From contig JACROC010000005.1 in the NCBI GenBank assembly GCA_016214655.1, positions 131,078-195,077 on the forward strand: a DNA stretch of 64,000 nt, written 5' to 3'. A program made the position numbers and the translations under genes. The notes beneath the pieces were generated by a model that was given only the letters and a program-made list of their open reading frames with translations, was not told where the DNA came from and searched no databases. The number at the start of each line of letters is the position of its first letter. Positions within the stretch are counted from its first letter, which is position 1. This stretch comes from Candidatus Harrisonbacteria bacterium (GTDB lineage Bacteria > Patescibacteriota > Minisyncoccia > UBA6257 > 02-FULL-45-10c). Shown one piece after another: positions 1-9,002 of the stretch.

Positions 1-1055
1 CTAAGGCGCCGTGGAGCAAAAATAAGAAACGGAACAGCTAGCTGAATGAAAAACATTACCAATACCGATGATCTTTGGAACCATTCCGGCAATTGATGAG
101 CATACCAAGCTAGAATAGTAGGCAGGGGCTGAGTTTGATAATGATAGTTCAGAGCAGTTAAATTCCGCCAACTCGGATCACCACTCAATAATTTTACCGC
201 CCCCGATAAAAATATGAATTTAAACAATAATAGACGGAAAAGCCAGGTAACCGAAACCGAATAACTGAGTAAAATCGCTAAAAATCCGACTTCCAAAAGC
301 AAAATATCCCATTGATAAGACATAAAAATTTGACCTACTGGAACCAGCGACAAATAACTTAAAAACAAAACCAGCAAGGCCAGTTTTTCCCAAAATCCGG
401 TTATCAATACTAGAGAAAAAACCGCTCCAATAATACTTACAGCGACTAACAGCCAATCACCAGCATTCAGCCAAAAAATTGTCGGAGCCAGCCAATAGCC
501 CTCCAAACCGAAACGCTGCTGTATAATTTCTAAAAAAGAATTGGCCGGTAAAATGCCGCCTGCGCCGATTAATCCCAAAATCTGCCAGCCAAAAGAAACA
601 AAAGCGATTAAATAAATTACCCCAAAAATTCTCAAGAAAAGCCAGCGAACCAAAAAATACGTTGGCGGCTTAATTTCCTTACCCCAGAACCAGCGGGTTA
701 TTCTATAAAAGAATGCGCGGCGTCTAGAAATAAAATTATAAGCCAGTTCAGAAATCCAGGAGAATCCCGGCAAATAATTGTACAACCAGAGGATCCAGCT
801 TTTTTTACGGTTAACCGCCAAGGCGCGAAAAACCGCCTCGGCTCCCGCAAAAACTTCTCCGCCAGGCATTATTAAAATAACCGATTTTTGAAATTCTTCT
901 TTGGGTATGGCCGGAAATTTATCCGCTACCTCTTGAAAGGGTACATAAACTACTTTTGAGCCAGTCAAAACTTTCCAGTGATCAATCCAAATTCGGCAGA
1001 AGGCGCAATCGCCGTCATATATCAAAAATGGCTTGTCCAATTTCTTAATCTCCAT
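1..1055 (-). CDS. DCC1-like thiol-disulfide oxidoreductase (DUF393) fused to a lipase-maturation-factor-like membrane domain; the 3' end runs off the window
   Basis: Not in the ORF track because no stop lies in the window. My translation from the ATG at 1055 gives MEIKKLDKPFLIYDGDCAFCRIWIDHW (DxxCxxC motif), followed by multi-TM sequence with SYQWDILLLEVGFL typical of the LMF family. Confidence 0.6.
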   Translation of the reverse strand, partial: MEIKKLDKPFLIYDGDCAFCRIWIDHWKVLTGSKVVYVPFQEVADKFPAIPKEEFQKSVILIMPGGEVFAGAEAVFRALAVNRKKSWILWLYNYLPGFSWISELAYNFISRRRAFFYRITRWFWGKEIKPPTYFLVRWLFLRIFGVIYLIAFVSFGWQILGLIGAGGILPANSFLEIIQQRFGLEGYWLAPTIFWLNAGDWLLVAVSIIGAVFSLVLITGFWEKLALLVLFLSYLSLVPVGQIFMSYQWDILLLEVGFLAILLSYSVSVTWLFRLLLFKFIFLSGAVKLLSGDPSWRNLTALNYHYQTQPLPTILAWYAHQLPEWFQRSSVLVMFFIQLAVPFLIFAPRRL

Positions 1056-1142
1056 AATAACTATTTTAACAAAAAAAATTTATATGGTATAATAGCCGTA
1101 TAGTCGCAAATTATAAATTACATTTAATTAACCAACAAGAAT

Positions 1143-1535
1143 ATGAGTAAAAAATTGCTTTGGGGTATTTTAGCTTTAATAGTATTATTAGTTGCAGTTT
1201 TCTTAATTCGCCGCCAGCAGCCAACTGAAACCCCTGCTACAACGGCCACGACTGCCCCATCTGCCCAAAGGATAACTGTTACCTATGAAAATAATGCCTT
1301 TAATCCGCCTGAAGTAAAAATCAAGGTTGGTGATACTGTTATATTCGACAACCAGCACTCAGTTGCTATCCGGGTATCATCTGATCCGCACCCAATCCAT
1401 ACCAGTTTCCCAGAATTAGAATCCGATACTCTTGAACCGGGAAATACTTATCAGTTGACATTTACAAAGCCCGGAACCGTAAACTATCATAATCATTTAA
1501 ATCCAAAAGCTGGGGGTAAAATTATAGTGGAGTAG
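1143..1535 (+). CDS. membrane-anchored cupredoxin-like protein
   Basis: N-terminal TM helix, then a ~90-aa beta-type domain with conserved-looking His residues (SSDPHPIH, NYHNHLNPKAGGKIIVE) resembling plastocyanin/EfeO-type cupredoxins. Confidence 0.55.
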   Translation: MSKKLLWGILALIVLLVAVFLIRRQQPTETPATTATTAPSAQRITVTYENNAFNPPEVKIKVGDTVIFDNQHSVAIRVSSDPHPIHTSFPELESDTLEPGNTYQLTFTKPGTVNYHNHLNPKAGGKIIVE

Positions 1536-1537
1536 GT

Positions 1538-1566
1538 CAAAAATCCGCCTAAGGCGGATTTTTGAT
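1538..1566. terminator. bidirectional rho-independent terminator between convergent genes
   Basis: caaaAATCCGCCttaaGGCGGATTtttg, with A/T runs on both sides. Confidence 0.7.
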
Positions 1567-1569
1567 TTA

Positions 1570-1836
1570 TTAAACTAACTCTTTTTTCTTCTCCTCAAAT
1601 TCTTTCTTATCAATTTCTCCCTTAACATAACGCTCCTTTAAAATATTTAGCGCTGACTGGCTACCCATTTCTTTCCATGGTTCTGTGCGCCACAACCATT
1701 TTGCAAACCAAACAACAGCGGCAATTACCAATACCCACCAAGCAACCATCAATATAAAACCAAAAACTCCCATCCCCCAGCCGAACCCGCTATCCCCGTA
1801 TCCGGGATAACCATATCCCCACATATAACGCATCAT
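1570..1836 (-). CDS. SHOCT-domain membrane protein
   Basis: Start moved to the internal MMRYMWGYGYPGYG. Gly/Tyr-rich N-terminus, one TM helix, and the C-terminal SHOCT signature ALNILKERYVKGEIDKKEFEEKKKEL. Confidence 0.6.
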   Translation of the reverse strand: MMRYMWGYGYPGYGDSGFGWGMGVFGFILMVAWWVLVIAAVVWFAKWLWRTEPWKEMGSQSALNILKERYVKGEIDKKEFEEKKKELV

Positions 1837-1930
1837 AGATTTAGAATTAATAATTAATAATTGACCTTTAATCATATTATAGCAGAATATGCTATAATTA
1901 ATATGGTCGAAGAAGTTTAATAAATCATAT

Positions 1931-2131
1931 ATGAACAAAAGAAAAGTTTTAGGTTTAATAGTTACTTTTTTTGGTCTAATAATGGTAGGCGGAGCGGCAC
2001 AAAGCGGTTATGGATTAGTTGCGCCATTGAGCATGTCCCTGATAGTCCTTGCCGGCTTGGCAATGATGTTTTGGGATAAAGTAAGCACCTGGATGGGCAG
2101 CGACCAATCACAAAAACCACCAATGCAGTAA
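1931..2131 (+). CDS. small two-TM membrane protein
   Basis: 66-aa ORF with two hydrophobic helices, followed by a hairpin terminator. Confidence 0.4.
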   Translation: MNKRKVLGLIVTFFGLIMVGGAAQSGYGLVAPLSMSLIVLAGLAMMFWDKVSTWMGSDQSQKPPMQ

Positions 2132-2138
2132 TGAATAA

Positions 2139-2165
2139 AAACACTCCCTAGAGGAGTGTTTTTAT
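2139..2165. terminator. bidirectional hairpin terminator
   Basis: aaAACACTCCctagaGGAGTGTTttt between convergent genes. Confidence 0.7.
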
Positions 2166-2170
2166 TTCTG

Positions 2171-3769
2171 TTATTGTCCCGAAAGAACCCACTTCTTCCA
2201 CACCGCCTCTGCAGGTTTATTACGGATACTCGCCCCCAAATCGTTATAACGCACTGGCGTATACTCTGGTCCCATAAAATCATCCCACGCAAAAAATTGG
2301 GTTACCACGCCGGCAAAAGAAGTTCGTCCGGCTAGCGCCTGGAAAAACGCTTCGTAAGCATCAGCTTGCTCTTGCCAATTACGTTTGTATCCAGCTTGTT
2401 CAACCTCGATATAGTCCGCAAATTCCATGCCAGATTTCCCACTCGTGGCACCGTCATAACTCCCTGCTCCAACCTTCAAAAATATCGGCTTTTTGTAAGA
2501 TGCTAGATTCGCCTCAACTTGATTTAAAGCCCCTATCCATGCCTGGCGCATTTCAAGTATTGAGGCGTTAGGTCGTACTCTTATCCCAATAGAATAATAG
2601 AGTCCATCTACTACATCTCTAAATTTGGGATTTCCATCAAAATAAATTTTCCCTTTGTATACCTCGCGAATTGCCGTGATAATTTCTAGCCACTTTGCAT
2701 CAGCATAATCATTCAGCGGATCAACGGTTGGCGGCCTATAATGAGGATTAAGGTCAAAAGCGTCTATGCCAGCATTTTCTGCTCTTTTGGCCCAATCTAC
2801 CAAAACATTTTTCAACTGCCCGAAATACCTATCAAGCCATTCTTTCGTTTTTGACTCATATCTACCAAAATCTGTCCCCGCTCGGTTTTCTGCCGTGTTT
2901 CCTCCAGATCCCCTCGCCGCAAATGGATTAGGAGTAATATTAATATATTTTGTATAGTCAGCCCCCATATTGTAATAAAGCGTAGTTTTAAGTCCGTATT
3001 TTCGAGCCGTTTGCGCAATCATTTCCATTTCATCCGCGGTAATTGCGCCGTCACGCCCATATTTATGCTTCAACTGACCCCAAATAAATGTAGGCATTGG
3101 CGGATCTTCCTGAACAACAAAATTATCTTTATCGCCAAGCATTTCAATAAAACTATAAACACCGATTTCTTTACCACCCAAATCACGAATTCGCGCCATC
3201 GCAGAATCTAAATTCTTTCGAGTATCTTCAAAAAATTGAAAATTATAATTAATTGACCAGGTATCGTACATTTCAACACTGGGGAATAAAGCTTTTGAAA
3301 TAAACGGTATTTTCAGATCGCTCCAAGCTGACACATAATCATATATAGTTTTTTCAAACCATTTTACTTTGAGCTGTTTTTCTTCTGAAACAGAATTTTC
3401 ATTTTTTCGTAAATAGCGATAAACAAGATCTTCGCCAGTCGTAACTGGAACTGGAACTTCAAAAGTCGTACTATTTACTCGCTTCATTTCCGCCGGTTCT
3501 CTACCTTTAATTACTAGAAAGATTTTATCGGCAAGAGGAGTATTATACGGCACCGTTGTCCAAAAACTTAGCTTTGCCGGCTTCCCGACTGGCGCCTTAT
3601 CAAGCTTAGAAAACTCACAGACTTGCCGCGCCTGGGGGATTGGTAAAACCCCGCAGCTTGGCGGCCATACGTCAAAACGGATAGCCAAATACCCGAAAAA
3701 TATAAATATCAAAACCGGGCTAAGAAGAATCAGTGCCCAGCTTAATAAATTTAATAAGATTTTTTTCAT
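2171..3769 (-). CDS. membrane-anchored extracytoplasmic protein, possibly a TIM-barrel glycoside-hydrolase-like enzyme
   Basis: Start moved to MKKILLNLL, which gives an ATGA overlap with the upstream gene. Signal-anchor followed by a ~500-aa soluble domain. The hydrolase call is only a weak impression from alternating beta/alpha patterning. Confidence 0.4.
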   Translation of the reverse strand: MKKILLNLLSWALILLSPVLIFIFFGYLAIRFDVWPPSCGVLPIPQARQVCEFSKLDKAPVGKPAKLSFWTTVPYNTPLADKIFLVIKGREPAEMKRVNSTTFEVPVPVTTGEDLVYRYLRKNENSVSEEKQLKVKWFEKTIYDYVSAWSDLKIPFISKALFPSVEMYDTWSINYNFQFFEDTRKNLDSAMARIRDLGGKEIGVYSFIEMLGDKDNFVVQEDPPMPTFIWGQLKHKYGRDGAITADEMEMIAQTARKYGLKTTLYYNMGADYTKYINITPNPFAARGSGGNTAENRAGTDFGRYESKTKEWLDRYFGQLKNVLVDWAKRAENAGIDAFDLNPHYRPPTVDPLNDYADAKWLEIITAIREVYKGKIYFDGNPKFRDVVDGLYYSIGIRVRPNASILEMRQAWIGALNQVEANLASYKKPIFLKVGAGSYDGATSGKSGMEFADYIEVEQAGYKRNWQEQADAYEAFFQALAGRTSFAGVVTQFFAWDDFMGPEYTPVRYNDLGASIRNKPAEAVWKKWVLSGQ

Positions 3770-4152
3770 TTCCAAAGCCATTCTTTCCAATCTTTCGGCC
3801 AGCCGATGAACAGAAGCAGTGCAAGCGGAGCACCCCAATTTGCCCATCGTTCAACGAAATCCCAAACAGGCATTCCCACCAACGGACGCAAAAGCGCAGT
3901 CCAAAAACCCCAAAGAGTCATCCACAGAAGTGCAAGCGGCACTGGTCTAACTAAAACTAGAATTGCCAGCAAAACATCCATGACGCCAATCCAAAATAAT
4001 AAAGTTCCGGCAGTACCAGGATCCGCAACGCCAAATTGCGCAAACCAGCCAATCCAGTCTTTTTTGCCCTGCAAAGCAAACACGCCGTGACCTAAAAATT
4101 CTCCGGCCACAGCAACGCGTAATACCCACTCTGCCTTTTTGAATGAATCCAT
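3766..4152 (-). CDS. small 4-TM membrane protein (DoxX-like?)
   Basis: 128 aa, four hydrophobic helices, translationally coupled to the downstream gene. Confidence 0.45.
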   Translation of the reverse strand: MDSFKKAEWVLRVAVAGEFLGHGVFALQGKKDWIGWFAQFGVADPGTAGTLLFWIGVMDVLLAILVLVRPVPLALLWMTLWGFWTALLRPLVGMPVWDFVERWANWGAPLALLLFIGWPKDWKEWLWK

Positions 4153-4349
4153 GATTAAAAAATTGATTAATAATTTGTGACCTTTTATTATATTATATCA
4201 CTTTATTAAAAAAAATTCTCATCCCCAATAAGAACAAAATAATTGAGGTAATTGCAGAAAGCAGGCAATAAAGACAAAGCGCTTTTAATATAAAAACTTG
4301 TACAAAGACAAACTACAAAGATACAAGAAAACCGGCCATGGTTACGTCT

Positions 4350-6596
4350 TTATAATCGATGCCTACGGAGAAGAATAGCGTTGACGGCTACAATAACCGT
4401 TGAAAGCGACATAAAAACTGCGGAAATCGCCGGCTGAAGCAGAATACCTTTTGATACCAAAACTCCGGCCGCCAATGGCAAAGCTATAAGATTATAACCG
4501 GTAGCCCAAAAAAGATTTTGGATCATTTTATTATAGGTCAGACGGGAAAGTTTAATAATTTTTACGATATCCCGGGGGTCATTTCTCACTAGAATAATCC
4601 CTGCCGATTCAATCGCCACATTAGTACCGGCGCCGATTGCTATTCCCAAATCCGCCTGAGTAAGAGCCGGGGCATCATTAATGCCGTCGCCAACCATAGC
4701 AACTTTTAAAGCACGCGATTGAAGCCGCTTAACTCGATCAACCTTATCTTCCGGAAGCACCCTGGCAAAATATTCGTCTATCTGCAATTCATTGGCCACC
4801 CAATGCGCAACTTCTTCGGAATCACCGGTAAGCATTGCCGTTCTTACTCCCAAATTTTTTAATTCTTTGACTGCTTCTTTGGATTCTTCCCGGATTATAT
4901 CCGCCAGCACAATAACGCCAGCCGGCTGATCTCCGATTATTACATAATTAATCGTTTTGCCTTGCCGGGCTAAATCCAAAATCTGAGATTTCAATTCCTC
5001 CGGAATTTCCGCTTTAAACTCTTTTAAAATCTTTTCTCCGCCAACCGCCACTGTAATACTCTTCACCACCCCCCTGACGCCCTTACCCGGCAATCTCTCA
5101 AAATTTTCTACCGGCAATAATTCCACCCCCAATCTCTCAGCTTCTTTGACTATCGCCTTACTGGCAAAATGCTCAGACCGATTATCCACTGAAGCGGCGA
5201 ATTGCAGCAACTGGTATCCGGCAGCCGGAATATCCGTCCTCCTGGGCATAGTAAATTGCGACAAAGCAAATTTAAATATAGGAAACTGCGGATTGGGAAT
5301 TATTTTATCTATGCCATACTCGCCCCTGGTAAGAGTTCCGGTTTTATCAAAAAGCACGACATCAATCTTACGGGCGGCTTCCAGCGCCAGTCTTTGCCGC
5401 ACCAACAATCCATTTTGCGCGGATTTTGTGGTAGATATGGAAGCCACCAGCGGAACAGCGAGGCCCAAAGCATGCGGACAGGCGATTACCAGCACGGCAA
5501 CAAAACGCTCTAAGGCGAAAATCGCTCCCGCCCCGACGAAAATCCAATACCAAAAAGAGGATAGTCCGCTGACAATCGCTATAATAGTCAGATAGAATGC
5601 GGCGCGGTCGGATAAAATTTGAATACGCGATTTAGACGCTTGCGCTTCTTCCACCAATCTCATAACTCCGGATAAAAATGTATTTTCTCCTATTTTAGTT
5701 ATCCGTACCTTGAGGCTGCCGTCGCCATTGATGGTTCCGGCAATTACTTCGTCATTTTTTTTCTTTGCAACCGGCTTGGATTCACCGGTAACCATGGCTT
5801 CATTAATGTCCGAACTTCCATCAATTATCATCCCATCCGCCGGAATTTTTCCGCCAGGCCTGACCAAAACTACATTATCAACCCTCAATTCACTAATAGG
5901 AACGATCTTGGTTTTATCGTTCTTCATTAATATCTCCGCGGTATCCGGCAATAATTTAGAAAGTTCTTTAAGAGCGCGCTGCGCTCCCTGCACTGACCGC
6001 ATTTCTATCCAATGACCCAAAAGCATTATGGTAATCAAGCTTGTCAGCTCCCAGAACAAAGTGCTTGGCTCACCGGTAATGGTACCTAGCCGAATTAAAA
6101 GAATTTGTAAAACACTGTAAATATACGCCGCCCAGATTGCAATGCCAATCAAGGTCATCATCCCGGGAAGGCGTCCCTTAACCTCCAGCCATGCCCCGCG
6201 CGTAAATATCCAGCCGCCATAAAAAAATACAATTGTACTCAGGGCAAGCTGAATATAATCAGAACCGAGAAATGCCGGAGCTTGCCAACCCAAAAATCTT
6301 GCAGGAAGTTCCGAATAAAGCACTACCGGAATAGTCAGGGCTAAGCTAATCCAGAATTTCCGCAAAAACATCTGAGTACTGTGCCCAGCATGTTTGTCCG
6401 CAATAGATTCAGCATCGACGGATTTCCCTTCTTTTCTCTCTGCGGGTACCAGCTTCATTCCGCACTCCGGGCAAAGACCCGGTTTTTGCCGCTGAATCTC
6501 CGGATGCATCGGGCAGGTATAAATTATCCCCTCAGACACCTCTTTATCTTCATTCGCCATCTGATTATTTTTATTTTCCATATTGCAACAATCCAT
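4350..6596 (-). CDS. heavy-metal (copper) translocating P1B-type ATPase
   Basis: DKTGTLT phosphorylation motif, GDGINDAP hinge, TGES actuator motif, and the TM metal site ACPHALGL (CPH). The N-terminus has TCPMHPEIQRQKPGLCPECGMKL, a Cys-rich metal-binding module. Confidence 0.9.
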   Translation of the reverse strand: MDCCNMENKNNQMANEDKEVSEGIIYTCPMHPEIQRQKPGLCPECGMKLVPAERKEGKSVDAESIADKHAGHSTQMFLRKFWISLALTIPVVLYSELPARFLGWQAPAFLGSDYIQLALSTIVFFYGGWIFTRGAWLEVKGRLPGMMTLIGIAIWAAYIYSVLQILLIRLGTITGEPSTLFWELTSLITIMLLGHWIEMRSVQGAQRALKELSKLLPDTAEILMKNDKTKIVPISELRVDNVVLVRPGGKIPADGMIIDGSSDINEAMVTGESKPVAKKKNDEVIAGTINGDGSLKVRITKIGENTFLSGVMRLVEEAQASKSRIQILSDRAAFYLTIIAIVSGLSSFWYWIFVGAGAIFALERFVAVLVIACPHALGLAVPLVASISTTKSAQNGLLVRQRLALEAARKIDVVLFDKTGTLTRGEYGIDKIIPNPQFPIFKFALSQFTMPRRTDIPAAGYQLLQFAASVDNRSEHFASKAIVKEAERLGVELLPVENFERLPGKGVRGVVKSITVAVGGEKILKEFKAEIPEELKSQILDLARQGKTINYVIIGDQPAGVIVLADIIREESKEAVKELKNLGVRTAMLTGDSEEVAHWVANELQIDEYFARVLPEDKVDRVKRLQSRALKVAMVGDGINDAPALTQADLGIAIGAGTNVAIESAGIILVRNDPRDIVKIIKLSRLTYNKMIQNLFWATGYNLIALPLAAGVLVSKGILLQPAISAVFMSLSTVIVAVNAILLRRHRL

Positions 6597-6599
6597 ATA

Positions 6600-6869
6600 T
6601 TATTTTCGCTTTGAAAGTTTATAAATATCTAAAATCTCTTTCACTGACCTTGAAATGCTGCCCGACCTCATCTGATCCGCCGTATGCGTAGCAAGATGAT
6701 GCTCTAAAATCAGGTCCTCAATACCTGAAAGCGCCTGCTTTACCGCGGAAGATTGATGCAAGATCGTAACACAATATGCATCCTCATCGATCATTTTTTG
6801 AAGGCCGCGTATTTGCCCTTCAAGTATTTTTAATCTCCTCATGGCCCTTCTCTTTACCGCTTCTTTCAT
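6600..6869 (-). CDS. csoR: CsoR/RcnR-family metal-sensing repressor
   Basis: RLKILEGQIRGLQKMIDEDAYCVTILHQSSAVKQAL matches the DUF156/CsoR helix pattern with Cys/His ligands. Start moved to MKEAVKRR because the promoter and operator lie inside the longer ORF. Confidence 0.8.
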   Translation of the reverse strand: MKEAVKRRAMRRLKILEGQIRGLQKMIDEDAYCVTILHQSSAVKQALSGIEDLILEHHLATHTADQMRSGSISRSVKEILDIYKLSKRK

Positions 6870-6903
6870 ATTCCCATGATACCCTAGGGGGGTATTACTT
6901 GTC
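6863..6903 (-). promoter_or_regulatory. sigma70-like promoter with an embedded CsoR-operator-like inverted repeat
   Basis: The minus strand reads TTGACA-agtaATACCCccctaGGGTATCAT-gggaat-ATG. That is a -35 TTGACA, an 18-nt spacer and a -10 TATCAT. The GC-rich inverted repeat ATACCC-N5-GGGTAT (6879-6895) overlaps the spacer and the -10. Confidence 0.6.
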
Positions 6904-6908
6904 AAGAC

Positions 6909-8123
6909 CTATTCATATCTTAATGCCTCCGCCGGTTCCATTTGAGCAGCTTGCCGAGCCGGCAACAAACCGGAAACTATACCGGTAATAAAAGTTATAA
7001 TTAAAATAACTAAAAATCCGAAGAGGTCTAAGGCGGCAAATGAAAATAATCCCCGAATACCAAATTGAGCTGCGATTAATCCGACCAAATAAGCTGCAGT
7101 CACACCTAAAATAATACCCAAAATTCCGCCAACTAAACCTATCATCCCGGACTCGATCAAAAAGAGCGACAGAATACTGTCGGAAGATGCGCCAATTGCT
7201 TTCATAACTCCTATTTGCTTTGTCCGTTCCAAAACCGCTGTGTACATCGTATTCATAATGCCGACAGCGCCAACTAATAACGAGATAAGGGCAATAACAA
7301 ACAGAACTGTTTCCACGATAGTTAAAACATCCCCGATAATATTGCCGATTTTCTCCGGAGTCAGCACAGAAAAATCTTCCACTGCTTTTTGCTGGCTTAA
7401 CTGAAATTCAATCTGCTTGGTAACTAAATCCGGATTAACACCCGGTTCAATTTTAATAGCGGCAGAAATAATCCCCGGCCGCGCACCAGTTAATTGACGG
7501 AACATATTTAAAGACGCATATACAACGTTATCCGCCATTTGCTCCCCAATCGGCGAAAGCACGCCCACCACCTTCATTCTTTTAGATTTTAAAATTATTT
7601 CCTCGCCAACTCTCATTTTATTTTTAAAAAGATCTTCCGCAATCCTATGGCCGATTACTACTTCATTGATATCTTCATTTTCCGGCCAGCGACCATCGTG
7701 TAATTTTAATCCCTGCGACTCTTCATAGATTAATTTATATTTACTCCATGGGGCACCGTGAATCATGACGGGTTTTTTCTCGCCTCGAAATTCGCTATTA
7801 ACAACCGCTATATCCATTGGCGCCACAAATCTGACGCCTCTTATATTCGCCAAAGCCAGGATATCCTGATCTCTGAATCTGGCTCCACCCACTAACGTAG
7901 CGACAGATTCTATAGGATTAGTAACCTTACCCGGACGGATAATAATTAAATCAGATCCAAACATTTGCAGGGTCTTAGCGATACTATTTTTAATTCCGGA
8001 ACTTAGGGAAAGTATAATAACTACCAGCATTATTCCGATAATAATGCCCAAAATCGTGAGCCAACCGCGGATCGGGCGGTAACGGATACTTTTTAAGGTT
8101 AAAGATAAAAATTTCTTTAGCAT
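6909..8123 (-). CDS. ABC transporter permease, MacB/FtsX type
   Basis: N-terminal TM, a large periplasmic domain, and a C-terminal FtsX-like three-TM bundle. Adjacent to a MacB-type ATPase and an HlyD adaptor. Confidence 0.85.
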   Translation of the reverse strand: MLKKFLSLTLKSIRYRPIRGWLTILGIIIGIMLVVIILSLSSGIKNSIAKTLQMFGSDLIIIRPGKVTNPIESVATLVGGARFRDQDILALANIRGVRFVAPMDIAVVNSEFRGEKKPVMIHGAPWSKYKLIYEESQGLKLHDGRWPENEDINEVVIGHRIAEDLFKNKMRVGEEIILKSKRMKVVGVLSPIGEQMADNVVYASLNMFRQLTGARPGIISAAIKIEPGVNPDLVTKQIEFQLSQQKAVEDFSVLTPEKIGNIIGDVLTIVETVLFVIALISLLVGAVGIMNTMYTAVLERTKQIGVMKAIGASSDSILSLFLIESGMIGLVGGILGIILGVTAAYLVGLIAAQFGIRGLFSFAALDLFGFLVILIITFITGIVSGLLPARQAAQMEPAEALRYE

Positions 8124-8126
8124 AAA

Positions 8127-8984
8127 CTATTCGGTATAAATCTTTTGATGAACTTGGTGATTTCGCACTAAACGACCATCTTTTAAAGTAATGACTTGAT
8201 CCGCCTTTCCGGCAATATCTGCATCGTGAGTTATGATAATTAAAGTTTTTTTCTGAATTTTATTCAGATTAACCAGCATTTCTAAAATTTTATTGCCAGT
8301 TGCAGAATCCAAATTTCCAGTCGGCTCATCACCTAAAATTATTTTCGGGTCATTAGCCAAGGCCCGAAGCAACGCAGTCCGCTGCTGTTCGCCGCCAGAT
8401 AATTCAAAGGGGCGATGCGTCATCCGCTCCTTCAAGCCAGCCTCCCGGAAATTCGCCTCCAATCTGCTCTCATCAATCTTTGTCCCGGCAAATACCAGCG
8501 GCAAAATCACATTTTCATAAGCGGTCAGCCAGGGTATTAAATTATATTGTTGGAAAACAAAGCCAAAAACACTGGAACGAAGCTCAGCGCGTTCTTCATC
8601 CGAGAACAAAGAAATATCTTTTCCTTTAAAAAAAATTTTACCGGAAGTCGGGCGATCCAAGAGTCCAATCATATTCAAAGCTGTGCTTTTTCCGGAACCG
8701 CTGGCGCCAATGATAGAAACAAAATCTCCTTCCCAAACATGGAGATCCAATCCCTGCAATGCCATAGTTTCCGCCTTGCCGGTATTAAATACCTTCCACA
8801 CCGCACTTAGACGGATCAATGGTTCGCCCAGGAATTTTTCCGGATTTTTTTTAAACCGGCCCCCACATCCCCCGCTGCAAAAATAAACCGATTTCCCCTT
8901 ACGAATAATAGTAATAAGATCGGAAAATTCCGCGAGATCCATTCCGCAAACAGGATCAATTTTTTGATCAGACCATCCGCTCAT
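8127..8984 (-). CDS. ABC transporter ATP-binding protein (MacB/LolD type) with an N-terminal YHS/TRASH metal-binding domain
   Basis: Walker A GASGSGKST, signature LSGGEQQR, Walker B IILGDEPT. The N-terminal 50 aa are DPVCGMDL...YFCSGGCGGRFKKNPEKF. Confidence 0.85.
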   Translation of the reverse strand: MSGWSDQKIDPVCGMDLAEFSDLITIIRKGKSVYFCSGGCGGRFKKNPEKFLGEPLIRLSAVWKVFNTGKAETMALQGLDLHVWEGDFVSIIGASGSGKSTALNMIGLLDRPTSGKIFFKGKDISLFSDEERAELRSSVFGFVFQQYNLIPWLTAYENVILPLVFAGTKIDESRLEANFREAGLKERMTHRPFELSGGEQQRTALLRALANDPKIILGDEPTGNLDSATGNKILEMLVNLNKIQKKTLIIITHDADIAGKADQVITLKDGRLVRNHQVHQKIYTE

Positions 8985-9002
8985 AAATGAAATTTTTGTG
9001 TA

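Noticed and set aside
220-456. 78-aa minus-strand ORF from the track
   Set aside because: It is out of frame inside the long open-ended DCC/LMF-like gene (1-1055), whose translation has recognisable motifs.
6870-6905. The longer csoR ORF starting at 6905 (MTSNTPLGYHGN...)
   Set aside because: These 12 extra codons coincide exactly with a TTGACA-N18-TATCAT promoter and the CsoR-operator-like palindrome. The shorter 89-aa product matches the usual CsoR length.
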